A stretch of DNA of 61,961 bases from Chiloscyllium plagiosum (taxonomy: Eukaryota): the NCBI RefSeq assembly GCF_004010195.1, contig NC_057711.1, positions 73,039,972 through 73,101,932 of the forward strand, written 5' to 3'. Positions 40,240 through 52,994 of the stretch are shown here, piece by piece. Both the position numbers and the translations under genes were made by a program. How positions within the stretch are numbered: the stretch's first letter is position 1; every line of letters starts with the position of its first letter. The notes under the pieces are model-generated. The model saw only the letters and a program-made list of their open reading frames with translations. It did no database searches and was not told where the DNA came from.

Positions 40240-41495
40240 GAAAATGCTACGGATGGATAAGTCTCCGAGGATGGGTTGAATCCAAGGATTTTAAAGGAAG
40301 CAGCTACAGTGTCAGTGGATATACTAGCAGAAAGCTTACAAAAACCTTTAGGCTCTGGAAAAATTTACAGATGATTGGAAAACTGGCAATGTAACATGCT
40401 TATTCAAAAAGGAAGAATAAAAAGAAGTCACTATAGGCCTGTTAGTTTAACGTCTGTCATTTGGAAAATGTTATAGACTATAAGAATGTATCAGCAGAGC
40501 ATTTAGAAGCAGAGTCAGAATTTGGTAAAATGAAGGGAAAATCATATCTGTCAATATTATTATCGTATTTTTTCAAGATGGCAACTGCTAGAATAGATAA
40601 AGGAGAACCGATAGATATAGTTGGATTTCAAAAAGGCAAGTACATAGGTACTGTACATAAGGTTACTTAATGCCATAAGTGCCCACGGTAACAGGGGTAG
40701 TGCATTATCATGGATAAAGGACTGGCTAACTAACAGAAGACAGAGTTGGGATAAAGGGGCTATTTTCAGGATGGCAACCTGTAATTAGTAGAGTGCCACG
40801 GAGATTAGTGTTGAGGCTACAATTATTTACAAGGTATTATTAATAACTTGGATGAGGAAAGTGAATGTACAATCACCAGGTTTACAGATGACACCAGAAT
40901 AAGTGATAAGACAAGCAGCATGGATGACACAAAGAGTCTGCAAAGGGTTATAAACAGGTTAGGTAAGAGAAGAGAGACTTTGCAAATGGAATATAAAGTC
41001 AGAAAATGTTTGGCTGGAAGAATTGAAAAACTGAGTTTTATTTAAATGGGAAAAGTCTGCAGAATACTGCTATACACAGGGACTTTGGGGTCTTCAGGTA
41101 CAAATCACAAAAAGCTGACATCCAAATTCAGCAGATCATAGAGAAAGAAAATCAACTGTTGGTCTTTACTTCAAAGGGACTGGAGAATAAAAAGTGAGAC
41201 CTTGCTAAAACTATGCAAGCACTAGTGAGACCACAGCTGGAACACTGAATACTGACTGGGTCCCTTATCCAAGGAAATGGAAATAGGCATTGGAGGCTGT
41301 CCAGAGAAGGTTCACTTAGTTGTTTCCAGGTATGGAGGGAGAGTCTTATAAGGAGAGGTTGAGTAGGCTGGCTTGTTTTCATTGAAGTTTACAAGAATGA
41401 AAGGTAGCCTTTTTGAAATGCGCAAGATTATTAGGGGTCTTGACAAGGCTGATACTGAAGTCTTTTTTCCCCGTTGTGGGAGTGTCTAGGAACAG
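40240..41495 (+). mobile_element. Old CR1 LINE fragment
   Basis: YRPVSLTSV, RFTDDTRI, LVRPQLE motifs with many stops. Confidence 0.85.
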
Positions 41496-41627
41496 GTGAA
41501 GTGACCACTGTTTGAAAGGAATTGCTTTGCTGTAAACTTATGGCAAGTGATTGACATGACAATAACAATCACCAAAAGTGTAATTGTGCTCACATTGTGT
41601 TGTTCCAAATGGCAAGTACAGTATTGC

Positions 41628-42434
41628 AGAGTCATAGAGATGCACAGCATAGAAACAGACCCTTCGGTCCAACCCGTCCATGCTGACATGATATCCCAAC
41701 CCAATCTAGTCCCATCTGCCAGCACCTGGCCCATATCCCTCCAAACCCTTCCTATTCATCCATACCCCTACATTTACCCCTTACCTAACACTACGGGCAA
41801 TTTAGCATGGCCAATTCACCTGACCCTGCACATCTTTGGACAGTGGGAGGAAACCGGAGCACCCGGAGGAAACCCAGGCAGACACGGGGAGAACATGCAA
41901 ACTCCACACAGTCAGTCGCCTGAGGCGGGAATTGAACCCCTTTCCCCTCTCACCCGAAACCTATGCCCTCTAGTGCTGGACTCCCCAATCCCAGGGAAAA
42001 GACCTTGTCTATTTACCTTATCCATGCCCCTCATAATTTTATAAACCTCTATAAGGTCACCTTCAGCCTCCGACCCTCCAGGGAAAACAGCTCCAGTCTC
42101 CAACGCTCCGGGGAAAACAGCCCCAGCCTGTTCAACCTCTCCCTATAGCTCAAATCCTCCAACCATGGCAACATCTTTGTACATCTTTTCTGAACCCTTT
42201 CAAGTTTCACAACATCTTTCCGATAGGGAGGAGACCAGAATTGCACACAATATTCCAACAGTGGCCTAACCAATGTCCTGTACAGCCTAAACATGACCTC
42301 CCAACTCCTGTACTCAATACTCTGACCAATAAACGAAAGCATACCAAACGCCTCCTTAACTATCTTATCTACCTGTGATTCTACTTTCAAGGAGCTATGA
42401 ACCTGTACTCCAAGGCCTCTTTGTTCAGCAACAT
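41628..42434 (-). mobile_element. CR1 3' fragment with an internal HE1 SINE segment (41760-41940) and a 30-bp tandem duplication (42064-42123)
   Basis: CR1 tail at 41628; V-SINE sequence replaces part of the LINE; LYRTLVRPLLEYCVQFWSP. Confidence 0.9.
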
Positions 42435-42717
42435 CTTTAATATTCTTTCATAGGATGTGGGAGTCACTGGATAGGCCATCATTTTATTGTCCATCCCTAA
42501 CAGTCCATCAGGAAGGTAGTGAATATGCTTACCTACCACATTTTAACATACATATTCTATGAGGGTTCAGGGGCATGCTCTCATATATTTGATGTCTTTA
42601 ATCAAAATTGTATCTTCTGGTTACTTCCTCTTTTCATCAATTTTTTTTGAAAAAATTTCAAATATTTCTGTTCATTTGTGTGACAATTATCACGGATGTT
42701 TAATCTGGATTATAACA

Positions 42718-43876
42718 GACAGGTTCCCCATGGGAGACTAGTTACCAAGGTTAGATCTCATGGAATACAGTGAGAACTAGCCATTTGGATTGAGAACTGG
42801 TTCAAAGGTAGAAGACAGAGGATGGTGGAAGGTTGTTTTTCAGACTGGAGGCCTGTGACCAGTGGAGTGCCACAAGAATTAGTGCTGTGTCCTCTACGTT
42901 TCATCATTTGTATAAATGATTTGGATGTGAGCTTAAGAGGTATGTAATTAGTAAGTTTGCAGATGACACCAAAATTGGAGGTGTAGTGGACAGCGAAGAA
43001 GGTTACCTCACATTACAATGGGATCTTGATCAAATGGGGCAATGGGCTAAGGAATGGCAGATAGAGTTTAGTTTAGATAAATGTGAGGTGCCGCATTTGG
43101 AAAAGCGAATCTTAGCAGGACTTATACACTTAATGGTAAGGTCCTAGGGAGTGTTGCTGAACAAAGAGACCTTGGAGTGCAGGTTCATAGCTCCTTGAAA
43201 GTGGAGTCGCAGGTAGATAGGATAGTGAAGAAGGCGTTTGGTATGTTTTCGTTTATTGGTCAGAGTATTGAGTACAGGAGTTGGGAGGTCATGTTGTGGC
43301 TGTACAGGACTTTGGTTAGGCCATTATTGGAATACTGTGTGGAACTCTGGTTTCCTTTCTATCTGAAGGATGTTGTGAAACTTGAAAGGGTTCAGAAAAG
43401 ATTTCCAAGGATGTTACCAGGGTTGGAGGATTTGAGCTACAGGGAGAGGTTGAATAGGTTACAGCTGTTTTCCCTGGAAAGTTGGAGGCTGAGGGGCGAC
43501 CTTATAGAGGTTTATAAATTCATGAGGGGCATGGATAGGATAAATTGACAAGGTCTTTTCCCTGGGGTGGGTGAGTCCAGAACTAGACGGCATGGGTTTA
43601 GGGTGAGAGGGAAAGATATAAAAGAGACCTAAGGGGCAGCTTTTTCATGCAGAGGGTCGTACATGTGCAGAGTTTGCTGTCAGAGGGAGTGGTGGAGGCT
43701 AGTATGATTGCAACATTTAAAAGACATCTGGATAGGTTTATGAATAAGAAGGGTTTGGAGGGATATGGGCTGGGTGCTGGCAGGTGGTACTAGATTGGGT
43801 TGAGATATCTGGTCGGCATGGACGAGTTGGAACAAAGGGTCTGTTTCTGTGCTGTGTATCTCTAGGACTCTATGAC
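42718..43876 (+). mobile_element. CR1 LINE 3' ~1.16 kb
   Basis: SKFADDTKIGG, LYRTLVRPLLEYC, tail ctctaggactctatgac. Confidence 0.93.
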
Positions 43877-44108
43877 ATATGGTATTTTATGTAAGAGTTC
43901 ATTGTGCAAAATCAATTGTCACCAAGTTCTTCCATCATTACTTCACTAATAAACTTGGACAAGAAATTGCAACAAACTTGTATTTAATTTTTTGTCTTAA
44001 CTATTATTGTATTGATGAGTGAGACAATAATTGATATCCACAGTTCTGAAAGTGAACTAATATACATCAAGAGCATTAGTCTGTTGTCATTACTTCTTAT
44101 TCACTTAC

Positions 44109-44186
44109 CCAATGTCCGCACCCCCACATGTAAGGGAACAAATAGCTCCAGGTAATTTGTTATCTTCTAAAACCTGGGCAACAATT
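44109..44186 (-). CDS. ALDH7A1: ALDH7A1 exon ~8 (78 nt): [25 protein letters not shown](G)
   Basis: acag|AATT...TTGG|gtaagt. Confidence 0.97.
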
Positions 44187-46951
44187 CTGTAAAGAGATAA
44201 AATTAGAACAACTTGCAAAGTTTTGCAAATACTTTAATTTCAAAACTACATAAAGCTAAAAAGACTCAAGGCAGTAGAGAATGTCTGGATTTTAATAGCC
44301 ATAAATGTAAGATTAAGAACACTTTACAGAATTATTTTTAAAGCCATTAATAGTTATTCCAACAATTCACCAAACACTTTAAGGTCAAACGGAAATTTTG
44401 TGAAATTATGCTGTTTTGGACAACTGAACAAACTGAATTTCAGCTTAAATTTTAAACTTACATAATTTTGAATAGACAATTAAATATCAGTCAGCTACAT
44501 GAGCTCAATGATCAAGCGTTACTGATACAAAATGCTTCCTGGCCAATTGAAACAATCGCTTGAAAGATGAAACTTACAAGAATAAGCAGAATAAACTGGG
44601 AATCGAATGAGGCTTACAAAATTAATTAATTTAGGTAAGTTAATTCAAAGGAATTTTTTACTTTGCAGTTCTAAATTTTTTTCAAAAAAAAACCTTTAAT
44701 CAAACTTAAAACTAATGTGAAATTGCACGAAGTGGACACAGTCTGTGCATTGAAGAAGTTGGAAGAAATTGACATTCTAGACCCAGACTCTGGAGGATTC
44801 TGGTTGCAATAACTAGCAGCCAGCTGAAGTAGTTAACTTTCATAAGTGACTATCAACGCCTCAAAACATTAGGGAGGGAGTAGTTTTATCGCCACGTTAC
44901 ACAAGATCAGACTTCCGATCAGAAGTTAGTTAGAAATAGTCAGAAACCACATATGAACATAACAAATGGGAGCAAGAGTAGACCATTCAGTCCTTCAAGC
45001 TTGTTCTATCATTAATGAGACTTTGGCTGATCTATTTGTGCTTTGAATTCCACATTCCCATCTACTCCCAATAATGCTTGATTGTTCTGTCTGACAAGAC
45101 TCGATCCACCTCTGTCCTGAAAATATTCAATTACCCCACCTCTCCACCATCTTCTAAGGCAGAGTTTCAAGTTGCTCAACTCTCAGAAAAAACATTCTCA
45201 TTTCTGACCTGTTTCTGGGCTGTACGACTATGACCTAAATCCCTCTGCACCTTAGAATTCTGCAGGCCTTTCTGTATTACTGATATTTTTTATTCATATA
45301 TTTAAATTTATTAAACTTTTTTAAACAATTCTACTTGTCAAAGTGAAGAACTTCACACTTTTCCGTGCCTGCAACTGTGTCTCTATTGATCTATCCTACA
45401 GACGAGTATGCCAACATAGTCACCCTTAAATAGGTTTAAAATACTCGTCTTAGCCCCAATCTTCTCCCTTTGAAAATTCACTCATATTATTGTTGTTCTA
45501 ACTAAGTTTGCCTTAACTCCAAGGTCATTAATTACATCATGTTACACAAGTCGCCAAATATAATCTGCTCTCTGGGCTGTTCCAAAACAGGCTGCTCCAA
45601 GAAATTATCTCAAAAACCTACAGTGAACTTATCCAAGCCAGAACTGCCGATCTTATTTTTCCAGTTTATCTGATTACTGCTGTCTCTATAAACACAAGCA
45701 TCAATAATTCTTCTTGTATACTTTGTTTTATATTGTGGTTACTGTTAGACCACTCCCACTGGTGACCTCTTTCCTGTATTATTGTTCATCTCCACCCAAA
45801 CGGACTCTACAACTTGATCTCCTGAACCAAAGTCATCTCGAACCAGTGCACAAACTCTTGATTGGTAGTGCTATCCGTCAACCTTTGTCATCCTGAAACC
45901 GTGTCTCCGTAATGCCTATCAAGTCAATTTACTTCAATGTGCATCATCAATTCGATCTGGTAGTGGGCCAGGAGGCACCACCCATAATTCAGTATCCAGT
46001 CAAAGAAGAACGGAAGAAAGGAAAAGGAGCAGACACACTTTGGCATTAGCTAATTCAATTATTATGCTCACAGAATTCTCCACAAACTGGGCTCAAATAA
46101 ACTAGTTGTTGTTCCCTGGTGTTTTAAAAAATTCTCAAGGTCAGGTTCGTAGGAGAGTAGTCTGACACAGAACAAACGACCAAGAGGCGAGTCTGCTAGA
46201 ATATGAGCATTTTATTCCCCGCAGCGTCGCCACAACAAGGTNCACCACATTCCATTGCTTGGCCCAATACATGTGTTACATTATTATTCACACATGTATT
46301 GGGACATAATTTTTAACCGTTTCACCACATTCCACTGCTTGGAATTTTACACCACACCTGGCTACATGGATCCCACGTTCAACCTTGACACAATTGCAGA
46401 CAAAGCAATTGCTGGCAACTATACGGTGATAAATAACCTGCCTCAAAGACGACCAAAGTGTTCACAGTAAACTTAAGCTACTGGAAAGCCCAACACCTGC
46501 ACCTTATGTGCAATATTTTCTGAAATAGAATCTATCGTATCTATGCCACATGCAGATGAAATGAGACATACGATAAATAGAACAAACTGGTGACTATTAT
46601 TTTAGTGTAAGACACCAAACTGTCAGTATTTCAACCAGTGGGTTGAGTTTTCGTGTAGAAGAAGGTGATACACATCAGAAATTTATTTGGTTTACCTGGA
46701 ACCTGAGTCGAGATATTTACAGGCAGAATTACTTCCCAACTCATTCTCTGCACATGTTGGCAGGTTGCCTCCAATTCCATGCGCTCTAATTTTTGTTGTG
46801 ACACTTCAATAGAATTGAGTATCCGTAAGAAAGGTCAGTAACAATCTAACAGTTAAATTACATGATAATCATACATACCAATGGACTAGGGATAAACTCA
46901 ACCTACCGGAAAATAATAAATCATTACGTGCCAATAGAAAATAATACTCAC

Positions 46952-46996
46952 TGTGTAACTGCTACACTAGTCAGAGGAGTTGTGGGAGCTCCTTTC
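46952..46996 (-). CDS. ALDH7A1: ALDH7A1 exon ~7 (45 nt): KGAPTTPLTSVAVT(Q)
   Basis: acag|GAAA...CACA|gtgagt; phase matches both neighbours. Confidence 0.95.
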
Positions 46997-47079
46997 CTGT
47001 GAACATAAAATGGATAGAATCATAAATTTATTAGGCACAAGTGGCACACCTCATCCAAATACAGATTTTGATTGGTAGC

Positions 47080-47870
47080 CATCCAGCTTATGATTGTTAC
47101 AGTGAAGGAGGAGTGTCTGCACACTCTGAGCATTTTAACTAAGTGCCACTCTCCTGGTTTCTGTAACCATGCAATTCAGATGATTTTAAAATTGGAATAA
47201 TGCTCACTTGAATGCCTCAATCCTGTCTCCACAACACCTCCACGCAGTGCTTTCCACCTTTTGCAAAACACTTTAAAACAGTGTCCTCTGTTTCTCTCTG
47301 TTATGAGCAGGAGCAGTCTCTTCTTCACTACTATCTTCCAGACTCCCCATCATTTTGAGAACTTCTATCAAATCTCCACTTAGTCTTCCCTTCTTAAAGA
47401 GAAACTGTCCCAATTTCTCCAATCTTTCCTCATAACTGAAGTGCCTCACTCAGGAATAATTCTTCTGAACCTGTCCTGAACTCTCTACAATGCATTTGTA
47501 TTTTCCAGAACTGCATACAATACTCCAGCTGAGGTCTAACCAGTAACTTCTGTAAAGTTAATCACAAAGTCGCCACTTTTCCGCTCTATGCCCCTATTTA
47601 TTTATGAAGTCTAGAATATTTTGTATAATTTAACAACAGCTTTTTCTACAATCCTGCTACTTTTAAAGAATTGTGCATATACACCCAGATTTCTTTGCTC
47701 ATGCACATACCATACAATTTTTCTCAACTTTTTTTAAACCAAAGTGCATCACCTCACACTTCTCCGCATTGAATTTCATCTTCCATCCTCCACCAACATG
47801 TCAATGTTCTTTTGAATTCTACACTATCCTCCTCAGAATTTACAATTCTCCCAAGTTATATGTCATATGA
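47080..47870 (-). mobile_element. Old CR1 fragment (another CR1-like 3' end at ~44955-45200)
   Basis: Reverse complement of LVRPQLEYCMQFW (ccagaactgcatacaatactccagctgaggtctaaccag). Confidence 0.7.
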
Positions 47871-47940
47871 AAGTGATGCCTGCATACCTTGATCTGTATC
47901 GGGAATATGTATATGTATTGGGAATACGTATCGGGAAAAG

Positions 47941-48258
47941 ATTAGATTAGATTCCCGACAGTGTGGAAACAGGCCCTTCGGCCCAACAAGTCCACACCAA
48001 CCCTCCGAAGAGTAACCCACCCAGACCCATTTCCCTCTGACTAATGTACCTAACACTATGGGCAATTTAGCATGGCCAATTCACCTGACCTGCACATCTT
48101 TGGACTGTGGGAGGAAATCAGAGCACCCGGAGGAAACCCATGCAGACACGGGGAGAATGTGCAAACTCCACACAGACAGTTGCCCAAGGCTGGAATCGAA
48201 CTTGGGACCCTGGTGCTGTGAGGCAGCAGTGCTAACCACTGAACCACTGTGCCGCCCC
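47941..48258 (-). mobile_element. Full-length HE1-like V-SINE
   Basis: GGGGCGGCACAGTGGTTCAGTGGTTAGCAC head with A box and B box (GTTCGATTCC), V-domain, CR1-like 3' end with (ATCTA)n tail. Confidence 0.92.
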
Positions 48259-48700
48259 AAAAAGCAAGAGTCCACAACGCCAACCCCAGGAGATTCCAAT
48301 ACAAATCTTTGTGAATGGTACTGTACCATGTATAATCATCAGTGAACATCCCCATTTCTGAATTTATGATGAAGGGAAGGTGTTTTATGTCTCAGATGGT
48401 CAAGTCTGAGACACCGCTGCAGTGATGCCCTGGGGCTGAAATGATTGACCTCCAACAACCCTAATCATCTTCCTTTGATTCTAACTAGTGGCGGGTTTTC
48501 CTCCCAATTCTCAATTACTCCAGTTTTGCTGGGAGTTCTTGATGTCCTACTCCATCAAATGACGTCCTGGTATTAAAGCAGTCACTCTCACTTCATGTCT
48601 GGAGTTCAGATCTTTTGTCCATGTTTGCAACAATGCTGTAATTATGTCAGGAGCTGAGTGAACCAGGCAGAATCCAAACTGAATATCAGTGTGCAGGTTA

Positions 48701-49152
48701 CTTTTATTGGTCAGAGTATTGAGTACAGGAGTTGGGAGGTCATGTTGCAGCTGTACAGGACATTGGTTAGCCACTGTTGGAATATTGCATGCAATTCTGG
48801 TCTCCTTTCTTTCAGAGAGATGTTGTGAAACTTGAAAGGGTTCAGAAAAGATTTACAAGGATGTTGCCACGGTTGGAGGATTTGAGCTATAGGGAGAGGT
48901 TGAACAGGCTGGGGCTGTTGTCCCTGGAGCATTGGAGGCTGAGGGGTGACCATATAGAGGTTTACAAAATTGTGATGGGCATGGATAGGGATAGGGCATG
49001 GGGTCGTGGAGGGCATAGGTTTAGGTGACAGAGGAAAGATATAAAAGAGACCTAAGGGGCAACTTTTTCACACAGAAGGTGGTACATGTATGGAATGAGC
49101 TGCCAGAGGAAGTGGTGGAGGCTGGTACAATTGCAACATTTAAAAGGCACCT
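48701..49152 (+). mobile_element. Internal CR1 fragment inserted in an older LINE
   Basis: EYCMQFWSP..LERVQKRFTRML..RLRGD; lacks the 3' tail. Confidence 0.9.
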
Positions 49153-50544
49153 GATGTCCACAGTGACTGCATGCTGGTCACTCCTACCATTATTAGGATG
49201 GACAGACTTAGTGTCCAATGGTTAAACTCGTGTGGAGGTGGGAAGTTTTTTTTTTTCTCTTGTTGACCCTGCTCAGAGCAAATTTAACAACTTTGTCATT
49301 TTGGTCAAGGTCAGTTCAACCAGTTGTGGTGCTACCAACATTGAATTCCCTACCCAAAATACATTCCGTGCCCTTGCGGGCCTCAGTGCGTTTCCTCCAA
49401 GTGGTGTTAACGCAATGATTCATCAGCCAAGGTGACAAAGTAACGTTGCACATCAGTAGATGGGCTTCCCTACCCATGTTTGACTGTATGCCATAAGACT
49501 TCACAATTTGGAGTCTGAAGTTTGAAGCAGTTTCAGTTTCTTGTCAGGCCATTTAATCAGACAGTTAGTTATCAACCCCACTGCTGTTGGTATGTTGCCA
49601 CGCACAGGTCAGTCCATGTGTTCCTTTCAGGACATTAGTAAGGCTCATGAACGTCCTCAGACTAGTTTTTGATTCAAACTTCACCAACTGTCACAGTGAA
49701 ATTCAAATGCACATTCTCAGAACATCTAGATGCTCTGGATTAACTGGCAACAAACATTACCAATATCAATCACTTGTCAGTTTCACATCCAGTTTCTATT
49801 CTCCTCTAGACTTTCTGCAGTATTGGCTCTCAGTCTCTGTTATAAGCTTAGCCTTAATATCTTTTGTTATATTGTATGCTTCTTGATATCTTAAGGCGCT
49901 CATGGTTGGGAAAGCTCTGAGCTTTTCTTTCCAGTTAGAAAAACTCTCCTACAGTTCTGACAGCTTAATCTTCAAGCAGCAACTTCCAGTTCTTTTGCAA
50001 AATGACATATCAACTTTGTAACACAGGAATTATTACAAATAATCACAAAGAAACACTACTAATTAAAAGAGAGAGTGTAAACAATGATTAACTTGACAAA
50101 ATTGCTTGACACCTTTCTCTGATGAGTTCCCAATCTCAGATTTACCAAATTAAAGAGATAAAGGGAGGACAGGACAACAAGAATCTGAATATATCTGAAT
50201 TATCGTTCATTCCAAGGACCAGTGGAAATGCTAGCAACATTGTAATGTCTCCAATGTGACTATTGCATTGCCAGTGTAAATCAATAACACAGACTCACAT
50301 CAGTTCAGGCATCGGCTACCTTCATACAGCTGTACACATTGAGCAAGTATGTTGTTTCACAGATAGATTCCAAATTAAAGGAAAAACTGAGCCAAAAATA
50401 TCAACACTGTCAAGACTGAACCTTGGAAGTTTTGAAGCCATTGCAGCTCATTTCCATAACAGAAAGCAGTACATACATCCACACCTAGAGCCCATTGGAT
50501 GTTAAGGACAAAGGGGTCAGGTAAGGCTTCAACTGCCAAAATAA

Positions 50545-50782
50545 AACTTAAAACACTGAAAAAAGAAAGTTCAGGAGAAACACAGAAGCTCTGGCAGACA
50601 GAAGTAGAGTTAATGTCTCAAGTACGATGTAACTTCCCTTCAAACAGGAAGTCATAGCGGACTCAAAATGAGATTACAGATTATTTCTCTTACTGTTAAA
50701 TGTTTCTCTTTCCGCAGAGGCTGCCGACCTGCTCAGTTTCTCCAGTGCTTTCTACTTTTCATTCAGATTTCCAGTATCCAGA
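50545..50782. mobile_element. Old inverted pair of PLE-terminus fragments
   Basis: Minus-oriented terminus (~50545-50645) abuts a plus-oriented terminus (~50645-50782). Confidence 0.45.
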
Positions 50783-51486
50783 AAGACAGAAGTGGATAGA
50801 AAAAAAATTGCTATGTAAGGGAAACAAGGCTTATGGGGTTGATGGGAATGTGAAATTAAAAATACAGACAGATTAGCCACGATCTGAGTGAATGTTTCAT
50901 CAGGCTTGGAGGTCCATGTAGAAGAAAAACTTAGGAAACATTGTTTGTGTATAATCAGTCATGGCCATTTGGCTTTTTGCAACTGGCTTCTTGGAAACAC
51001 TGTCCAAATTAATACCAGATGGATTAAAAATTAATTCTTGTAAAATTACATTCTTGTTTTGCAGCAGTTTATCCATTTAGATGTTAGCTAAGTCCACGAA
51101 CAAAGTCCTACAACTTAGAGATATATAATAGACAGATTCATGCCCAGGAAACATACCCATCAACAATCTCCTTAAAACTCGATTTTAGGAGTCTATCAGA
51201 AAATTTCCTCTTTTCTTAATTTCTTATGCCGTTGTATCACTACTGGTAGAATTAAGGTAAAATACTAGAATTGGATGAGGTGTAGAAAATGACATCACAT
51301 TACCCTCACAACATATACTACAGAGACTTTAGTTGTTTTATTCCAGACATCTGGAAGTTTATCAACAACTAAGAACAATACTAATATAACATCTCAGACT
51401 TAAATATAGTCTGAAGTCTTCACTTATTTACATTGCTATCACATTATATAAATAGTTAACACACTAACTGACTGACTGGTTGGCTG

Positions 51487-51542
51487 AAAATGTGTTGCTG
51501 GAAAAGCGCAGCAGGTCAGGCAGCATCCAGGGAACAGGAGAA
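51487..51542 (-). mobile_element. 56-nt PLE terminal micro-insertion with 10-bp TSD
   Basis: tggttggctg at 51477-51486 and 51543-51552; insert matches 29161-29215. Confidence 0.9.
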
Positions 51543-52443
51543 TGGTTGGCTGTCTAACTTCCTGCTGTTCTGTACACAAGGTAAAAAGGAAACTTGTTAT
51601 ATTAGAGCACTGCATGTCATGATCTCATTTACCTGTCTTAAGAGTTTAGTGCCTTACTGAGATCTGTACAATAACACAATATGTTGTAAGGAGTATAATA
51701 TTTATCTTATTGAGACAAGAGATCACACAATCGCAAATGCCCAAATCTAAAATTAAAAGTTAATATTAGAACCATTCAGACCTTGCAGCAAAGACATCTT
51801 AGAATTTTGTGGAGTATGTGAAAGCAATAAATCAATGTAGTGCTTTTGGCTTGCAAAGGATCAGGTATTACAGATACTCCACAACTTAGAATTAAAATTT
51901 AAAAGAATATAGTAACAAAGTACAGCATTAATAAAAATGCAAAGTTGTACTAACAATAACTATGAAACTGTGCAAAACTGATAATGCAGCTGCTATAAGT
52001 CACTATCACTTTGTGCAGGGTGCACTGAAACAAGATGCTGTTACCTTTATGAAATACACAAAGTGACCTGACTGGAAATTTTGTTCTCTAGTATGGCAAC
52101 ATTGTCAATAGTGTATTCACTAATCAGCTTTAATTGCAACAAGCAATTTTCTCATGTTACTCAGTGTTAGTTTCAAAACAAATCAATGAAGTCTAATTGT
52201 GTGTAGGCTGATAACATGTTGGCTTGCTTACAGCCAGCAACAAAGGAGAGGTGCAAGGGAAACACTTTCAGCCAATGAGCTCGTCACTTTTGGTGGCAAG
52301 CAAAAAGTCAAGAATCACACATAAATTTCCATTAATCAAGTTATACAATGAAACATACATTTTCATAGTTTGGTCAAAGTTATTAGCGTGAAAAACAGGA
52401 TGAATATAGCTAGGATCACAATGTACAATTAAAACAAACTTAC

Positions 52444-52576
52444 CAAAGACAACAGTTTCCACAGACAAGTGCAAGGGCATTATTCCAGCCATAAACAGCA
52501 ACTGGGAAGTTAAATGCAGTGATAATTCCGACTAGACCAAGTGGATTCCATTGTTCAATTAGAGCATGTCCAGGAC
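52444..52576 (-). CDS. ALDH7A1: ALDH7A1 exon ~6 (133 nt): [43 protein letters not shown](W)
   Basis: taag|GT...TTTG|gtaagt; contains the FNFP motif. Confidence 0.97.
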
Positions 52577-52994
52577 CTTAGAAAGATTTCATGGAAGTCA
52601 AACGTAAGTTAATCACATTTAATGGGGGAAAGAGGTTGGCGGGGGAAAACGGATCGAAGGTGGGTGGACTTTAGTGAGCCAGATGTGTTTTAAGCTCATT
52701 GATGATTATAATCAGCAAAACTACAAGTAGCTTTCCATTCCACATTTCTTAATTTAAATTCCAGTTGTCATGGTGAAATTTGAACCACTGTCCTCACAGC
52801 ATTGGCTTAGGCTTCTGGATATATTAGCCTGGTGACATTATCACAGTGCCAATATCTCCCAGCAGTATTTCTAAGGAACATTTAAACATTGATAGTGATT
52901 ACAAAATTTACAATATCTTATGACATATCAATAAATGTAGTTTTAATGAATCAAATGAAAACTATTTTGCCTGTTGGCAGAGTTTGTGCAAACA

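Noticed and set aside
48190..48258. tRNA-like sequence with A and B boxes
   Set aside because: It is the head of an HE1-like SINE and runs straight into the V-domain; not a tRNA gene.
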